NCBI GenBank assembly: GCA_016746295.1
Contig: JAEAOA010000822.1
Span: 950,104-1,014,103, forward strand
Length of the DNA: 64,000 nucleotides
DNA from: Potamilus streckersoni
Lineage: Eukaryota
Direction of reading: 5' to 3'
Below are positions 25,150 to 37,543 of the stretch, one piece after another; the first letter of the stretch is position 1; each line of letters begins with the position of its first letter. Under the pieces are notes generated by a model, which saw nothing but the letters and a program-made list of their open reading frames with translations, had not been told where the DNA came from and did not search any database. The position numbers and the translations under genes are program-made.

Positions 25150-26580
25150 TCAAATTCTTTTAGCTATCTTTTTCTGACCAAGTTGTTTAAATGTTTAAAT
25201 ACTTTTCACAGCATTGCCATATTTGATGGTGAACTGAAATAAATTGTACAAACATTAAAACCATTAATGTTACACTGGTCAAACTCCGTGAAGAAGTCAC
25301 TTAATGGGTTTTGTATTTTAGTAATGGTGACCATAACTTACGACAGCTCACATGACAATCTGTATCAACCTGAAAGCCATTTATAACAAGATGCTTCTAT
25401 CAAATTTGGTCATATTCAATTCAGCTGTTTTTGAAAAAATTACTTTAATAGAAAACTGTATTTGTAGTATTGAAGGGTCTGGTATATTGTCAATATTTTA
25501 CAAATTACAAAGCTTTTCAAGCCTAGAGACATTTTGTCAAATTTGGTCAATTCCTATAACCCAGAGTTTTCAGATAAACCTTTGTTTTATTTTTAGCACT
25601 GGTGGTCAAAGCAGACTGGCATCATCTGTACAAACTGCAGAACCCTTCATGCCAATATATTTATAGACAATTTGGTCTAGTTCTGTTAAGCATTTTTGTT
25701 TTAATAATGCTGGCCATATTTGATGGCAAATTAGCATCATTGGTACCAGTCTGAAATGCTTTCAGTCAAATCTGTTCAGATTCTGCTCAAAACATTTTGT
25801 CAAGAAGTCATCCAAAGGTTTTCTACATTAAGTAACAGTTGCCATTATTTCATGGCAGTTCAGCCTCAAGTAAAACTTTTGAAGTCCATAATGAAAAGGT
25901 GTCTATTGTCAAATTTGTCAAAATTTGGTTAAGCAATTTCAAGAAAAAGTTATTAAAGGTTTGTCTTTCTACAGTATTGGTGGCCACACTTGATGGTTGA
26001 CATGCAGTCCCTTTTGCTAAAAAATGTTCTGTCAAATCTTGTTGAGTGGTTGTTTGTTTTAAGAAAAGTCATTTAATGATTTTATTTTTCTAGCTTTAGT
26101 AATAATAACCATACATGATGGCAGACTGGCACAATTTATACAAGCCTAAAGACCTTTCATGGAAAGATGCTTCGTCAAAATAGTTTTGTAAAGATGATTC
26201 AAGGCTTTTCTATTTTTAGCAATGGTAGCCATTTTGGATGGCTAAATCAATGTCATTTGTACAAATTTTGAATGCCTTTCACACCAAGATGCTTTATTTC
26301 AAATTTGTTCAGATTCTGTTCAGCAGCCTTTGTTTCCTCTTTTAAATGTTTTTCTTTGTTTTGTAACATTGACTTATATTTGACAGCAAACAGCAACAAC
26401 TGTATAAACTAGAAGCCCAGCCCATACACCAGTATGCTTTCTGTCAAATTTTGTGGAGCAGTTTTCAAGAATTTGTTTTGAGGTTGTTTTGAAGTTATTC
26501 TGCTTTTAAAAAATTGGTAGCCCAGCCATATTTGGTGGTTAATTAGCATTATTTGTAAAAATATAGAAGTGATTCATGCC
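25150..26580. repeat. Degenerate ~190-bp satellite x~7
   Basis: Recurring motifs ...ttctgtcaaatttggtca..., ...gttttctatttttagtaatggtgaccatatttgatggcaaactggca..., ...gtacaaact..aaagcctttcat..ccaagatgcttt.... Ends at the SINE-B insertion. Confidence 0.6.
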
Positions 26581-26616
26581 TGGATACGCTCTGCTGAGCT
26601 GAAATCAGTCCAATTG

Positions 26617-26870
26617 GGGGGCCCCGAGTGGCCGAGTGGTCTAAAGCGCTGTCCGTTACGGATCACTGCCATCTCACCTCTGTCTGCGTGGGTTCGAGTC
26701 TAGGATTCGGCGAATGTGGATATGTGAGAAAGCTTGCCAGTAGCTTCTCGTGGGTCGGTGGTTCTTTCCGGTGATTTCCCGGTTTCTTCCTCCACCATTA
26801 ATACTGGCCGCCATGAATAGCCTATCGTGTGCTGAAAAATGGCGTTAAGCTCAACAACAACAACAACAAC
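26617..26870 (+). mobile_element. tRNA-derived SINE, family B, full length with target-site duplication
   Basis: tRNA-like head GGGGCCCCGAGTGGCCGAGTGGTCTAAAGCGCTG...GTGGGTTCGAGTC and a (CAA)n tail. A 10-bp direct repeat agtccaattg flanks it at 26607-26616 and 26871-26880. CpG-rich relative to its surroundings. Confidence 0.8.
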
Positions 26871-27331
26871 AGTCCAATTGTAACTGCAAAGTTTAAAATA
26901 TTGCTTTAATGACACACATCATACACTGGATGAAAAACCATCATAAGCTCACACAGTCTTGCAGTCAAGTGAACAAAGAAAAGGAAGTCAGAAAGGTGTT
27001 TCTGGAACAAAACCTGAACTAAATACAAAACCTCAACAGATAGTCAAACAGATGGACAAGGGTATGACTCGATACATCTTCCATCTGTGGCAAGACTATT
27101 CTAGAACAGAAAATTTGTGAAGATTCAAAACAATTTAAAATGTTAAAATTTACAAAAAAAGGGGCACAATTTTCTGAGATAGAAGGAATTTAATGATTAA
27201 ATAAATGTTGAGCTTGGAAATATAATTTGCAATTTTAATGCTTTCATTTGATATTAAGCATGATTTTGTAAAATCTAGCACATATCACAAAACTGAATGT
27301 CCAAGAAAAGATTCTCATGAAAATATCTAAC

Positions 27332-27515
27332 CTTAAAATCTGAAGGACAGTTCTCTGTGACCTTGATGCCATGTACGCTTTGGTAACCCTCTGGAGGCTC
27401 TGCCAAGGACTTGTTGAACTTGGTTGTGCCAAAACAAGATCCAAGAGCAACCTCATTAATCAGCATCAGTCTCGTCCCTTTAGTTTTTCCAGGTGAGGAA
27501 TAGCCTGCACTGGTA
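27332..27515 (-). CDS. PARP4: PARP4-like exon K (PARP catalytic domain)
   Basis: Translation (S)TSAGYSSPGKTKGTRLMLINEVALGSCFGTTKFNKSLAEPPEGYQSVHGIKVTENCPSDFK aligns to human STSIKYSHPGETDGTRLLLICDVALGKCMDLHEKDFSLTEAPPGYDSVHGVSQTASVTTDFE. Acceptor tttttttattatgcag, donor AAG|gttaga. Confidence 0.85.
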
Positions 27516-28230
27516 CTGCATAATAAAAAAATGATGACAATGGTGGTGGTAGTGGTGGTGTCAGTGATGATGTTGAAGAAGAAGATCATGATGATGATTA
27601 TTGAGGATGAATTTTAGTTTAGTTTATTGCTAACTTTGATATCATGAAATAGGGCTGAACACAATTGGGTTCAAACTGCCTGTGTTTATTGGCTTTTGAA
27701 GAATGGGAGGTATACACATGTAACAGTGTATATAACAAATCCACATGTTTTGTATTTTATGATTTCAAAAAAAATGATAACTGTCATTTCTTTGGGGGTG
27801 GGGGTATATGCATTATATAAGGTATCAAATTCTCTTTTTTCATATTAAAGTGAAATCACAAACATTCACAAAGTATCTGTGACTTTGGTCATAATATAAT
27901 TGATCCAGCAAGACAAAAATAGCATGTTTCCTACTCTCCCTTCCGTGTTCTCTTATCTTCCTTCATTGCTCTCACCTCAGCCTTTAAAAAGGGTCAAACT
28001 AAATAGCCCATCCAATTTTGTGGTGTAATGGCAGTGAAATATACATTTTCATACATCTAACCTTTTTAGGTAACACAGAAGATGTTACTCATTGTTAAAC
28101 TCCTCTTGCAGATGAATATCATACCATAAACTTCTGAACAAAATCTAGGCTGTGATAGTAATTAATGGACTGAAAGGCAGATTGGCTGATGGAAGGAAAG
28201 GGCCATAATATTCATTATGCTAATATGTGG

Positions 28231-28232
<2 letters not shown>

Positions 28233-28317
<85 letters not shown>

Positions 28318-28318
28318 G
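28233..28318. repeat. (AAT)28 microsatellite abutting the exon J 5' splice site
   Basis: A pure AAT run (TTA on the gene strand) that starts immediately after the donor hexamer GTAACT of exon J. Confidence 0.95.
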
Positions 28319-28324
28319 AGTTAC

Positions 28325-28423
28325 CTCCCTGCTTCTGCAAAGTAAATGCCACTTCCCAGCATTCCTGGATCAGTACGTTTTCCTCCATGGTCATCAACCA
28401 CAACCCTTGGCATGAGCAAGCCT
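28325..28423 (-). CDS. PARP4: PARP4-like exon J (PARP catalytic domain, catalytic Tyr)
   Basis: Translation (R)GLLMPRVVVDDHGGKRTDPGMLGSGIYFAEAG aligns to human RGLLLPKVVEDRGVQRTDVGNLGSGIYFSDSLS. Acceptor tttcttgtttttaaag (an AG 2 nt downstream is an alternative), donor AG|gtaact. The (AAT)n microsatellite begins immediately after the donor hexamer. Confidence 0.8.
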
Positions 28424-29029
28424 CTTTAAAAACAAGAAAACTGCCAGTTATGGACAAGCCAAATAGCTAAGATGTTTTCTATAAATGGTATTATACACCT
28501 TTTTATCAAGTTACATCACTCTGCATTAACAGTTTCTAAGAAACTGAGCTAAACGCAAAGGTTAGCACATCAATAAAGCATGAAATATGGTTCATAGTAA
28601 CTCAAGTTTAATTAAAGTCTGAAGAACTTCTCATCATGTATCAAGACAATAAATTACATGACTCTGTTCGCAAACTGTCTGAGAAACAAAGCAAGACACA
28701 GATTAAAGCAGGTCACTGTGGTGGGAAATACAGGACATACTTGACAAACGTTTTGTACTACTCCTTATGTTGCATATTTATTCCAAGATATGTGACACTG
28801 CAAGCAACAGTGTAAGAGAAACTGACCAAATTGTAAACCCTGACTGAACTCAACAAAAGCACAAATCACTGAACCATGAAAATATAGGTCGTAGTAACCT
28901 GTTTTCCTTGAAGGCTGAAGTAGTCATCTTGAAGTATTTAAAGTCATCAGACTCTAGAAGCAATAATGTTAAAGAAAATGATCTAAATGCAAATGCTAAC
29001 CTTAATGCCAATTGACAGGCATTATTAAT

Positions 29030-29340
29030 CCACAAACCACCAAAAAATATATATTTGCAATACTGACTAAACGTAATATCACAACCATTCTATCCCTGGG
29101 ACTAGATTGGGACTTGCAAGTCAGCAAACACTATATATTTCAAAATATATTGACTGAATGTAATATCACATCCATTCTATCCCTGGCACTAAATTGGGAG
29201 TCAGCAAACACTATATACTTCAAAATATAATCACTGAATGTAATATCACATCTATTCTACTGTGACTAGATTAGGACCTGCAAATCAGTAAATGCCATAC
29301 ACTTAAAAATATAATCACATCCATTCTACTGTGACTAGAT
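29030..29340. repeat. ~62-bp tandem repeat x~4
   Basis: The unit ...aatataatcactgaatgtaatatcacatccattctatccctggcactagattgggacttgcaagtcagcaaacactatatacttcaa recurs with variants. Confidence 0.75.
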
Positions 29341-31137
29341 TAGGACCTGCAAGTCAACAAATACTGTATACTTCAATTTAATCTTTTGATTCATTGCAGC
29401 TTAAAGAACATTTATCTTAACTTCTGTACAATAGCAATGACACTGAAGTGACAGACTTTGACACTATAGTGTGAAATAAATGATCAACAAAGCAAGCAGT
29501 ACATTTTAACCCTAAATAAAGGTATCAATCTACAGCATCTTTGACATGTATAAACCTTCCATAACATAAAGTATCATGAACTGAACACAGTCCTTCTCTT
29601 ACTCTATTTCCCTCTATGTTTTGGGAGGTACATACCAGTAAGCAATTTGCAAACATGAGCTTTCCCTGTGTCAAATCTGAGTCTATCCTGGGCATTAGGC
29701 AAGTGAATTTGTCCTGACAACTGTAAATGTATGCTAAATCACTGTATCCTACAAACATCTTATTAACAAGCTTATCATAGAGATGTCAACCTATTAGAAT
29801 TCCTATCAACTCTACAAAATCAATAATCGTTGACATTTCTGATAATTATTTTAATATTTGATTTCAAACATTTTTGCTTTTGCTGCACTAACACATCTTG
29901 ATAGTTTAACTGTTTACGAACAAATGTTAATACACAAGTCAAATAATACAGTTCAGGAAGCCAGACAAACTCAAAGCATCAGACGCCCACCCAGAGTTAA
30001 ATAGTCTTCTATGAATGTAAAAGATTGGTATGGATGACTTTGGGATTATTTTATGGGAGACTTAGGAGATTATTTACCAAGGAGTTCCACTTACCATCAC
30101 TTTGGGTCAATACATGCAGCCTTGTTTAAATTAGTATTATAATGACAGAAATCTCTGATCATGAGACCCAAAAATCTATAGGCTTCTTTTGTACGTTAAG
30201 TGAAAGCCATCCACAAAATGTAGTCAAGAAATGTACTCTAAAAAACCAAAAAGTTTCTGCAAAACATCTTTTTCTTTAAGCCACAATAAAACTGATGTTT
30301 GACCCTTTAAATCTAAAAATCAAGAGTAATTTCTGTACCTTATATGCAAGTTTTCCACAAGCTTCAGCCAAGGTACTAAAATCGTTATCCAAACAAACAT
30401 TCTTCTTTCAAAGTGACAATGACCTATGACCCTTAGATCCCATAATCAATAAGCTTCTATCTTACCAAACATGCAAGAAATCCACAAACCTTGATGAAGG
30501 TATATTGTCTATAACTTAAGTTTATCTGCAGAAGCCATTTTTATTTTTTCAGTCAGCAATTTTCACCTCGGACCTTATGACCCCAAATTTTTTTAAAAAG
30601 TTTCTTCCTAGTCTGAAAAATGACCTTAAAATTCAGTCATTGTACCTCAAAATTTGTAGGTTTCTACAAGTGCAAGCTATCTGCAGATTTTTATAACTGT
30701 AGATGTTAATGAACTCGAGCTTTTATGAAGAAACCATTTCTCTTTTTTCAATCACAATCAACTTCACTTTTTGACCCTGAAATCAATAGCTTTATTACTT
30801 ATTCAAGTGCAAACCACTCAAAAAAATCTGGGAACTGTAACATGAGTTAATGTGCAGAAACATATTTTGGTAACAGTCAAATGAACAGATGGATGGAAAA
30901 ATAACGTAATGTAATACACTTTTAAAATTAACTTTTTCTCATGAGCCAGAGAAAGATAGAAATCCATATTAATCCAAAACTTTCTGCCTCCATACAATTT
31001 TGAAATCTCAAGATCAAACTAGACATTTTTTCAGTGTGATATATGAAGAAGAAAAAGAAATCTTTGCAGTGAAATACACGGTGCAGAAAAGCAAATACAG
31101 AAATCCAGAATGTTCTAGTCACATTCAGGTATCCCAC

Positions 31138-31275
31138 CTTGAAAGAATTCCCATAAAATTCTCCACTCTGGAGGAGTGAAAAAGAAGCCTCCTGGGTTCT
31201 AGATCCATCCTGAAGTTAGAAGTCTCTGCCGAACGATACACATGAAAAATTCTCTCAATCTTCAATGACATCCCA
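31138..31275 (-). CDS. PARP4: PARP4-like exon I (PARP catalytic domain, catalytic His)
   Basis: Translation (G)GMSLKIERIFHVYRSAETSNFRMDLEPRRLLFHSSRVENFMGILS aligns to human VLQIFRVGRVNETTEFLSKLGNVRPLLHGSPVQNIVGILC. Acceptor tttttttttctctttattcag, donor AG|gtggga. Phase 2 in, 2 out; the junction codons are GGT and AGA. Confidence 0.85.
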
Positions 31276-31469
31276 CTGAATAAAGAGAAAAAAAAACTTA
31301 ACAAGGATATCTTTTTCACAATCTTTGGAAGCTATTTATAATTGAGAGCTGAACTTATGTCATTCTCAACCCCACACTCTACAGTCATCCATTAAATATG
31401 AAATCACCTCAAATTAAAAACAAGAACCTTTGGAACTAAGTCACAAAATTTAGTTGAATAGTGACACAC

Positions 31470-31680
31470 ATGCTAAAAAATATTACTTTTGCTTTAAGAT
31501 GTTGTCTATATGGACATCAGGTAATCTGACAGGTTAAAAATATTACTGCTGCTCTAAGTTTGTCTCTGTACGGACTGTCACATAAGGTAATCTGACAGGC
31601 TAAAAATATCACTATTACTCTGAAATGTTGTCTATATGGTCATAATATAATCTGACAGGCTAAAATTCACAATTCAGTGA
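31470..31680. repeat. ~65-bp tandem repeat x3 (aaaaatattactgctgctctaag...ggtaatctgacaggctaaaa)
   Basis: Direct reading. Confidence 0.7.
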
Positions 31681-31731
31681 TTGTTATGAATAATTGTGAG
31701 TTATTAAGACAGCATCAAATGGGCAACTCAC

Positions 31732-31892
31732 CCTTCAATAGAATGCATTAAGTAGTCTTTTATGGTTTTATACTCTGGACTGGTACTCTCCAAATGTTCA
31801 ATGTTACAACGGAGTGCTCTGTATTTTGCCTCATCACTTGGTTTAGCAGACCAGTCTGTAGCCTCACTCACAGCAATCAAGTCTCTTATTAA
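31732..31892 (-). CDS. PARP4: PARP4-like exon H (helical domain / start of catalytic domain)
   Basis: Translation LIRDLIAVSEATDWSAKPSDEAKYRALRCNIEHLESTSPEYKTIKDYLMHSIE(GG) aligns to human LIRDMVNVCETNLSKPNPPSLAKYRALRCKIEHVEQNTEEF. Acceptor caaatatttcag, donor GG|gtgagt. Phase 0 in, 2 out. Confidence 0.85.
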
Positions 31893-31899
31893 CTGAAAT

Positions 31900-32140
31900 A
31901 TTTGAAAGTTTTTGTCAATATTTGCACATGCAGCTGATGTTATAAATGACTGCATGTAACAGTTGGTATCTGCATGCAGTTGATATTTTAACTGGCTGCA
32001 TGTAATGGTTGGTATTTGCATAGTACTGATGTCTTAAATGGCTGTATGTAATGGTTCATAATCACATTTGTAGCTGATGTCTTAACTGGCTGCATGTAAT
32101 GATCGGTATCTGCATACAGAATATTGTTACATTTTTCTCC
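31900..32140. repeat. ~60-bp tandem repeat x4 (tgcatgtaatggttggtatctgcatacagttgatgtcttaactggc)
   Basis: Direct reading; it starts 8 bp from the acceptor of exon H. Confidence 0.75.
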
Positions 32141-32849
32141 TATATGCAACAGCTATGTAAATAAATAAGTAGATATATATACCAAGTACATTATATAGAT
32201 CTAGAATATTTTCAAATCATGACAAATTCTGAATTTCAACAATTTACTGAAAATATGGTCACACTCCATTCTAGATAAAGTGGTCCACCTCTTTAACAAC
32301 AGTCTCCCACCCCTTATGGCCAGAATCCATCAGCACCAACAAGCTTGTGTTCAAAAGTACCTCTCACAAAAGGCCACCTAACATGACCAGCGGAGAACAT
32401 ATTAATGCAAAAATATACAATTTACCCCTCACAAGCAGCCGCACTTTATTTTGCAATATGTATCCAGAACAAGTATTTTATTCATAATATATGTTAAGCA
32501 AATTCGATTTTTCTTACCCAATATCAGGTTTTCGTTACTGAAAGAAGTGTTGTCCATGTACCACTAAGGTCAATATTATATCATTAACACCTCACGAGAA
32601 GCATCATTTATTCCATAAAGCCGAGTAAGACTCAAATTTTAATCCCTACAAAATGGTAAGTGCACATAATCAGAGTAGCAGGCTGTGTTATTCCTGCACA
32701 GAATCAATGTCGATTGTTTATCTATGCTCTCTGACTCTTGTTTTCAAAGGACTATACCTATGATGACCTTCCATTACACTTTTGTTATCTTCCCAGAGAT
32801 AGGAAAATCCTGATAACTTGTTTTGCTGTAAACAGTAACTGAGTAACAA

Positions 32850-33137
<288 letters not shown>

Positions 33138-33689
33138 TGCCTTAGAACATTGAAACCAAGCGGTCTAAACCAAGAAGACTAGAAAATGAAAACTATGCAT
33201 AGAAAATGAAAACTATGCACTAGTAAAATTTAACATTTTCTAAATCATCTTATTAATCCTTCAATTTTTACTATAAAAATAACCAGTATAGAATCAAATA
33301 TCTGGGATATAATCTGCGTTACATATGTACAAAAAGTAAAAATAGATGTCACTTTGGCTTGTGGACTTTTAGAAACTTATACGTTTTCAGTTTCCGCATC
33401 TAGTCTATACAAGCTGGTTGTATTTATAGTTTTAGCACATGTGAAGACAGCCATGTAGAGGTTTACAAACACAACGTTTTTGTGTTTATTTGTTTATCGT
33501 ATATATGTTTTGTATTTGCCTTTGAAAAAGACTCATTAAGAGTCGAAAGCGCTTAGGCTAGTTAGTTACTAGTTTCGTACTGTTCGTCGTCAGTTTATAG
33601 CATCTATTTTAATTAATCCCTGACACACATGATCCCTTGGTGGATCCAGTACGCTTGAAAGGGTTGTTATTCGCCATAAGATTTGTATT

Positions 33690-33782
<93 letters not shown>
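33690..33782. repeat. (TA)n microsatellite
   Basis: Direct reading. Confidence 0.95.
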
Positions 33783-33785
<3 letters not shown>

Positions 33786-34148
33786 CACTCAATCAAAAAA
33801 GAAACCATCACAATACAATACAAACTCTTTATGCAATGACTAACAAACTGCAAGCAAGATGGCTGATGAAGAGAGAGGAAATAAACAGATGAAATGAACA
33901 GATAGGGAAAATTATACAATGGCTTAAGTGTCTTTTGTTTAAGGGAGATGGCTATAATGGGACCTGGTACTGTCTGACATTCAACAAAAGTTTCTGCACA
34001 CACACATGCACGCACACACCTTGCTTCCTCACAGACATAACTGTTTCAATAATGATTGTCACTAAGAAAATGAATTGATCTATTCAGATAAAATGAGAAT
34101 GTTCCTGGCAAAGTCTTTGATGCAACTCTTCTTTGTAAAAACAGATAC

Positions 34149-34322
34149 CTGGCAGAGATCAAAGGTGCGAGAGATCCAGGCCTTGTTAATGTTTGATATG
34201 GAAACTGTCTGCTGATAAGGAATCTCCTTATAGAACTCATCTTTCAACTCATTAAGTCTCATAGTATTGTCTTCATCCACAGCTTCTCTCATCTGCTTGA
34301 GAATGCCCTCCGCCTTGTCTAT
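34149..34322 (-). CDS. PARP4: PARP4-like exon G (PARP helical domain)
   Basis: Translation IDKAEGILKQMREAVDEDNTMRLNELKDEFYKEIPYQQTVSISNINKAWISRTFDLCQ aligns to human SKAEGILLLVKAALKNGETAEQLQKMMTEFYRLIPHKGTMPKEVNLGLLAKKADLCQ. Acceptor tag, donor CAG|gtatct. Confidence 0.85.
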
Positions 34323-35502
34323 CTACAGTATTTAAATACATTAACAAAATAGATTTGAATGCAGTTGCTGGTTTCATCTTTATACTTACATCAAGAATCT
34401 ATTACCACTGTTGTAAGCTTTTATAACTGAATAACCACACAAATGCTACTGCAAATGTTATTTAATGTGCACATCCTAACAAGGCTGCCTGAAACTTGAC
34501 TCAACTACCTAAAGCTGGTAATAGGTAAATTTTTGTTTTGGACAACACAAACTAGATTTAACAAAATATAAAAATTGGATTCGTGAACTTCATAATCCAA
34601 TGAGGATACATAAAATACATGCCTGCTAAATTTAATTTGCATACATCCAAAAGCTTTTGAACAAGCAGTTTTAAGAGTTACCATGACAGAAAGAATGATG
34701 GACTATAGTAAAAGTCACATGGGACATATATGCACAATAACCTATTTTAAATTAAATATAAATTGTTCCTTTTAACACTAATTTTCTTTAAGCAAATTCA
34801 ATTGAATACACTGCACCTTAACTGTAATCAAGAAGCTTTGCAATGAAAATTATTAATCTTTATGGTCTTTTAAAATGGTGTCCATGTACTAAACCTTAGT
34901 CAAGAAAAGCACTTTGAGTGGAATTGTCACAATATAAGGTAGTATGAATTTGTTTATCAATACATGTGGCTTTCATTGTATCATCACAATGTGCAACATT
35001 CAATTCTGATTATACTGGATCACACCTTTAGTCTCATATCATTCAAAAATGTCTATGCACTTTAACATTGATTAAACCATATGTACTTCTCAGGCCATCT
35101 AAATAATGACCTTCCAGAGGATTGTGGATGTATAAGAATCCACATCAAGTAAATACTTAAAGGTATGTAGAATCAAATTCTAAAAAAGACACCCATTACT
35201 GAAATAGTCGGTGTTGAGATGCCTACATGACCCATGTGACTTTTACTATAGACCAAATCAATATGCCCCGGGCCTTTCAACAAGCAATATGAAATATGCC
35301 TTCTAAATATCATTTGTCTGCATCAAAAGTTACTCAGCTAATAGATAAGACCAAATTATGATGCTCATGCCCAATTTCACTGAGCAGTGGAGACATAATT
35401 AAAAATCACTTTGGACAGCATCCATGTGCCTTCTAAGAGACACACAAATGCAAAGACAAAGTCTTGCACAAGAACACAGAACTGTGCATTCAGATTCCTT
35501 AC

Positions 35503-35640
35503 CTGTTCTGTCTTTATGCTGGTAAGAGGACCCCTAAGGTTGTGCTGTAGATTTCCCACAGCCTCCTCCCATACATAGTTCACCAATCCAGATACAGCAG
35601 GGGAGATAACCCCACATTCTGCTCCAATTTCCTCCATCAT
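35503..35640 (-). CDS. PARP4: PARP4-like exon F (PARP helical domain)
   Basis: Translation MMEEIGAECGVISPAVSGLVNYVWEEAVGNLQHNLRGPLTSIKTEQ aligns to human LLLEEVMNSSTLSQEVSDLVEMIWAEALGHLEHMLLKPVNRISLNDV, and the spacing to exon E is the same in both proteins. Acceptor tttgtattcaccag, donor CAG|gtaagg. Confidence 0.85.
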
Positions 35641-35956
35641 CTGGTGAATACAAATTCATTACAAATTTAACATTTTAAAATCTCAAACCCAGAATAAAGT
35701 AAGACATAAGAGAATATGAATATTACAAATTTCTGAAAAGGAATAATCTTTATTGTGCCATTTAATATTTAATATCTTGAAGAATAAAAGCAACAGCTGA
35801 CCATTCCAATCAGCAGGTTTAAGTAGTACTGTAAGAAGAACACAACCTATGTACACTATCTTCCAATCTTTTTATTTTACTATATCCTGATCAAGCCATA
35901 GCAAATGTACACTGAAGTCATTCAAGATCATAATGATAACGAGCTTATATAAATTG

Positions 35957-36197
35957 GTTGTTGTTGTTGTAGGGTTTAACGCCATTTTTCAGCACAATAT
36001 AGGCTATACATGGCGGCCAATATTACTGGTGGAGAAAGAACCCTGGAAAACCCAGGAAAGAACCACCGACCCACGAGAAGCTACTGGCAGGCTTTCTCAT
36101 TGACCCACATTAGCCGAGTCTGGACTCAAACTCACGCAGACAGAGGTAAGATGGCAGTGATCTGTAACTTTCATCGCTTTAGACCACTCGGGGCCCC
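35957..36197 (-). mobile_element. SINE family B copy
   Basis: Reverse complement of the family B consensus; the (TTG)n tail is at the low-coordinate end. Flanking direct repeat tatataaattgg / tatacaaattgg. Confidence 0.8.
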
Positions 36198-37028
36198 TCT
36201 TATACAAATTGGAGGAGAAATATAGTTTCTAGATCTCAATGGGTTATATGCTCAGATGAGTAAATTTCATTTATTATATTATTTATTATAGAATCTATTT
36301 GCAACAATATAAATTATGTAGGTGGAGCAAAATCATACATTAAAAGGAGCATCCAGAATTAGTTTGTACCATAGCTTCAAATGATACTCCATAAACAAGG
36401 CCACGTATGTAATGCTGAATGACTGATACTGGTGGAGAAATTCAAGATGGCATGCATTGGTGATAAGGAAATTGCATTAAATCAGTTATTTCCAGCTGTG
36501 TCACCACTGGACTTTTTTGTTTTATTAGTCACAACTATATTAATTAAAAAGGAAATGGGTGTTTGTTTAAAGTTCCACTATGCTGTACTGTCATTTTCAG
36601 CCATTATGTGTGAGTTGACAGGATGGGATACAGTGAATTTTCATATATTCCTTAACTGTATCAAGTTAGTTTTTCTACCAACTCAAAACTGAACATGCAG
36701 TTTTGCATATGTATCAAGCTCCTTGGTCCAGAGGAAAAAAATCATTATACAAGCTTGATTAACTGTGAATACAAGCTGTAACACAACCTCATTGAATGTT
36801 CATGTAGATATTAAGGAAAATACTACCAATTCAATTACTGAATATTTAAAGGGTTAACAAAGTCCCATTGCAAAAGCCAGTTTATTATTCCTACAGATGT
36901 TATATTTCTGTGCATTGTACTACATAATTTAACATCTTGATGTGGTCACCTGGTAATAGAGTGGTCTGAACTACTTCCATTTAGCCAATCAATCACTGCC
37001 ATTTTATCTTTGTCCTCATGCATTCAAG

Positions 37029-37200
37029 TCTCAGGTGCAGTCATTGTGGATATGTGAGAAATCTTGTCAGGAGCTTAGCATGGCTTGGCGGTTCTTACCA
37101 GGGTTTTCCCATGTTCTTTTTCCACCAGTTGTACTGGCCACCATAGCCAATATTGCATTGAAAAAAGGCAATAAACTCCAAAACAGCAACAACAAAGATG
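37029..37200 (+). mobile_element. SINE family B, 5'-truncated copy
   Basis: Matches the family B body ...gtggatatgtgagaaatcttgtcagg...ccaccagttgtactggccaccatagcc... followed by a (CAA)-like tail. Confidence 0.65.
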
Positions 37201-37381
37201 AACATCACATGATGCTATAAAGATAGGCAAAACTCTATCAGTTACCATAAACTATGAGTATTGAAAAACAATCATAATAATATATTCCAGTCCAAATAAG
37301 AAAATATTTAAATATATAAACACTTTTATTGCATATTAAGAGAATAATTACTCTATATTATTCAAACTTCTCCTACCATAC

Positions 37382-37543
37382 CTGTTGGAATTTTTTGGAT
37401 CCCACATGTCTGGAGAAAAGGTCAAATGTCAAGGTCATGCTCTCAGGTGGTTTCATCTGCTCATGGTATTGATGAACATAAATGGCCACAACTTCCTCCG
37501 AGGTCTGGGCAAATCTAAACTCTTTGTTCCCATCTTGGCCTTC
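37382..37543 (-). CDS. PARP4: PARP4-like exon E (start of PARP helical/regulatory domain)
   Basis: Translation EGQDGNKEFRFAQTSEEVVAIYVHQYHEQMKPPESMTLTFDLFSRHVGSKKFQQ aligns to human METRRQFAIKKTSEDASEYFENYIEELKKQ.... Acceptor tttgcttttag, donor CAG|gtatgg. Phase 0/0. Confidence 0.75.

Noticed and set aside
26617-26700. tRNA gene calls for the tRNA-like sequences at 26617, 36197, 57298, 59935, 520 and 15100
   Set aside because: They are heads of SINEs, contiguous with non-tRNA bodies and simple-repeat tails. I could not fold any into a clean standalone cloverleaf with a proper anticodon loop by eye.
26700-26915. ORFs of ~70-90 aa recurring at 26700..26915, 36010..36225, 57040..57315 and 59653..59868
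   Set aside because: All lie inside copies of SINE family B. The conserved ORF reflects SINE sequence identity, not a protein.
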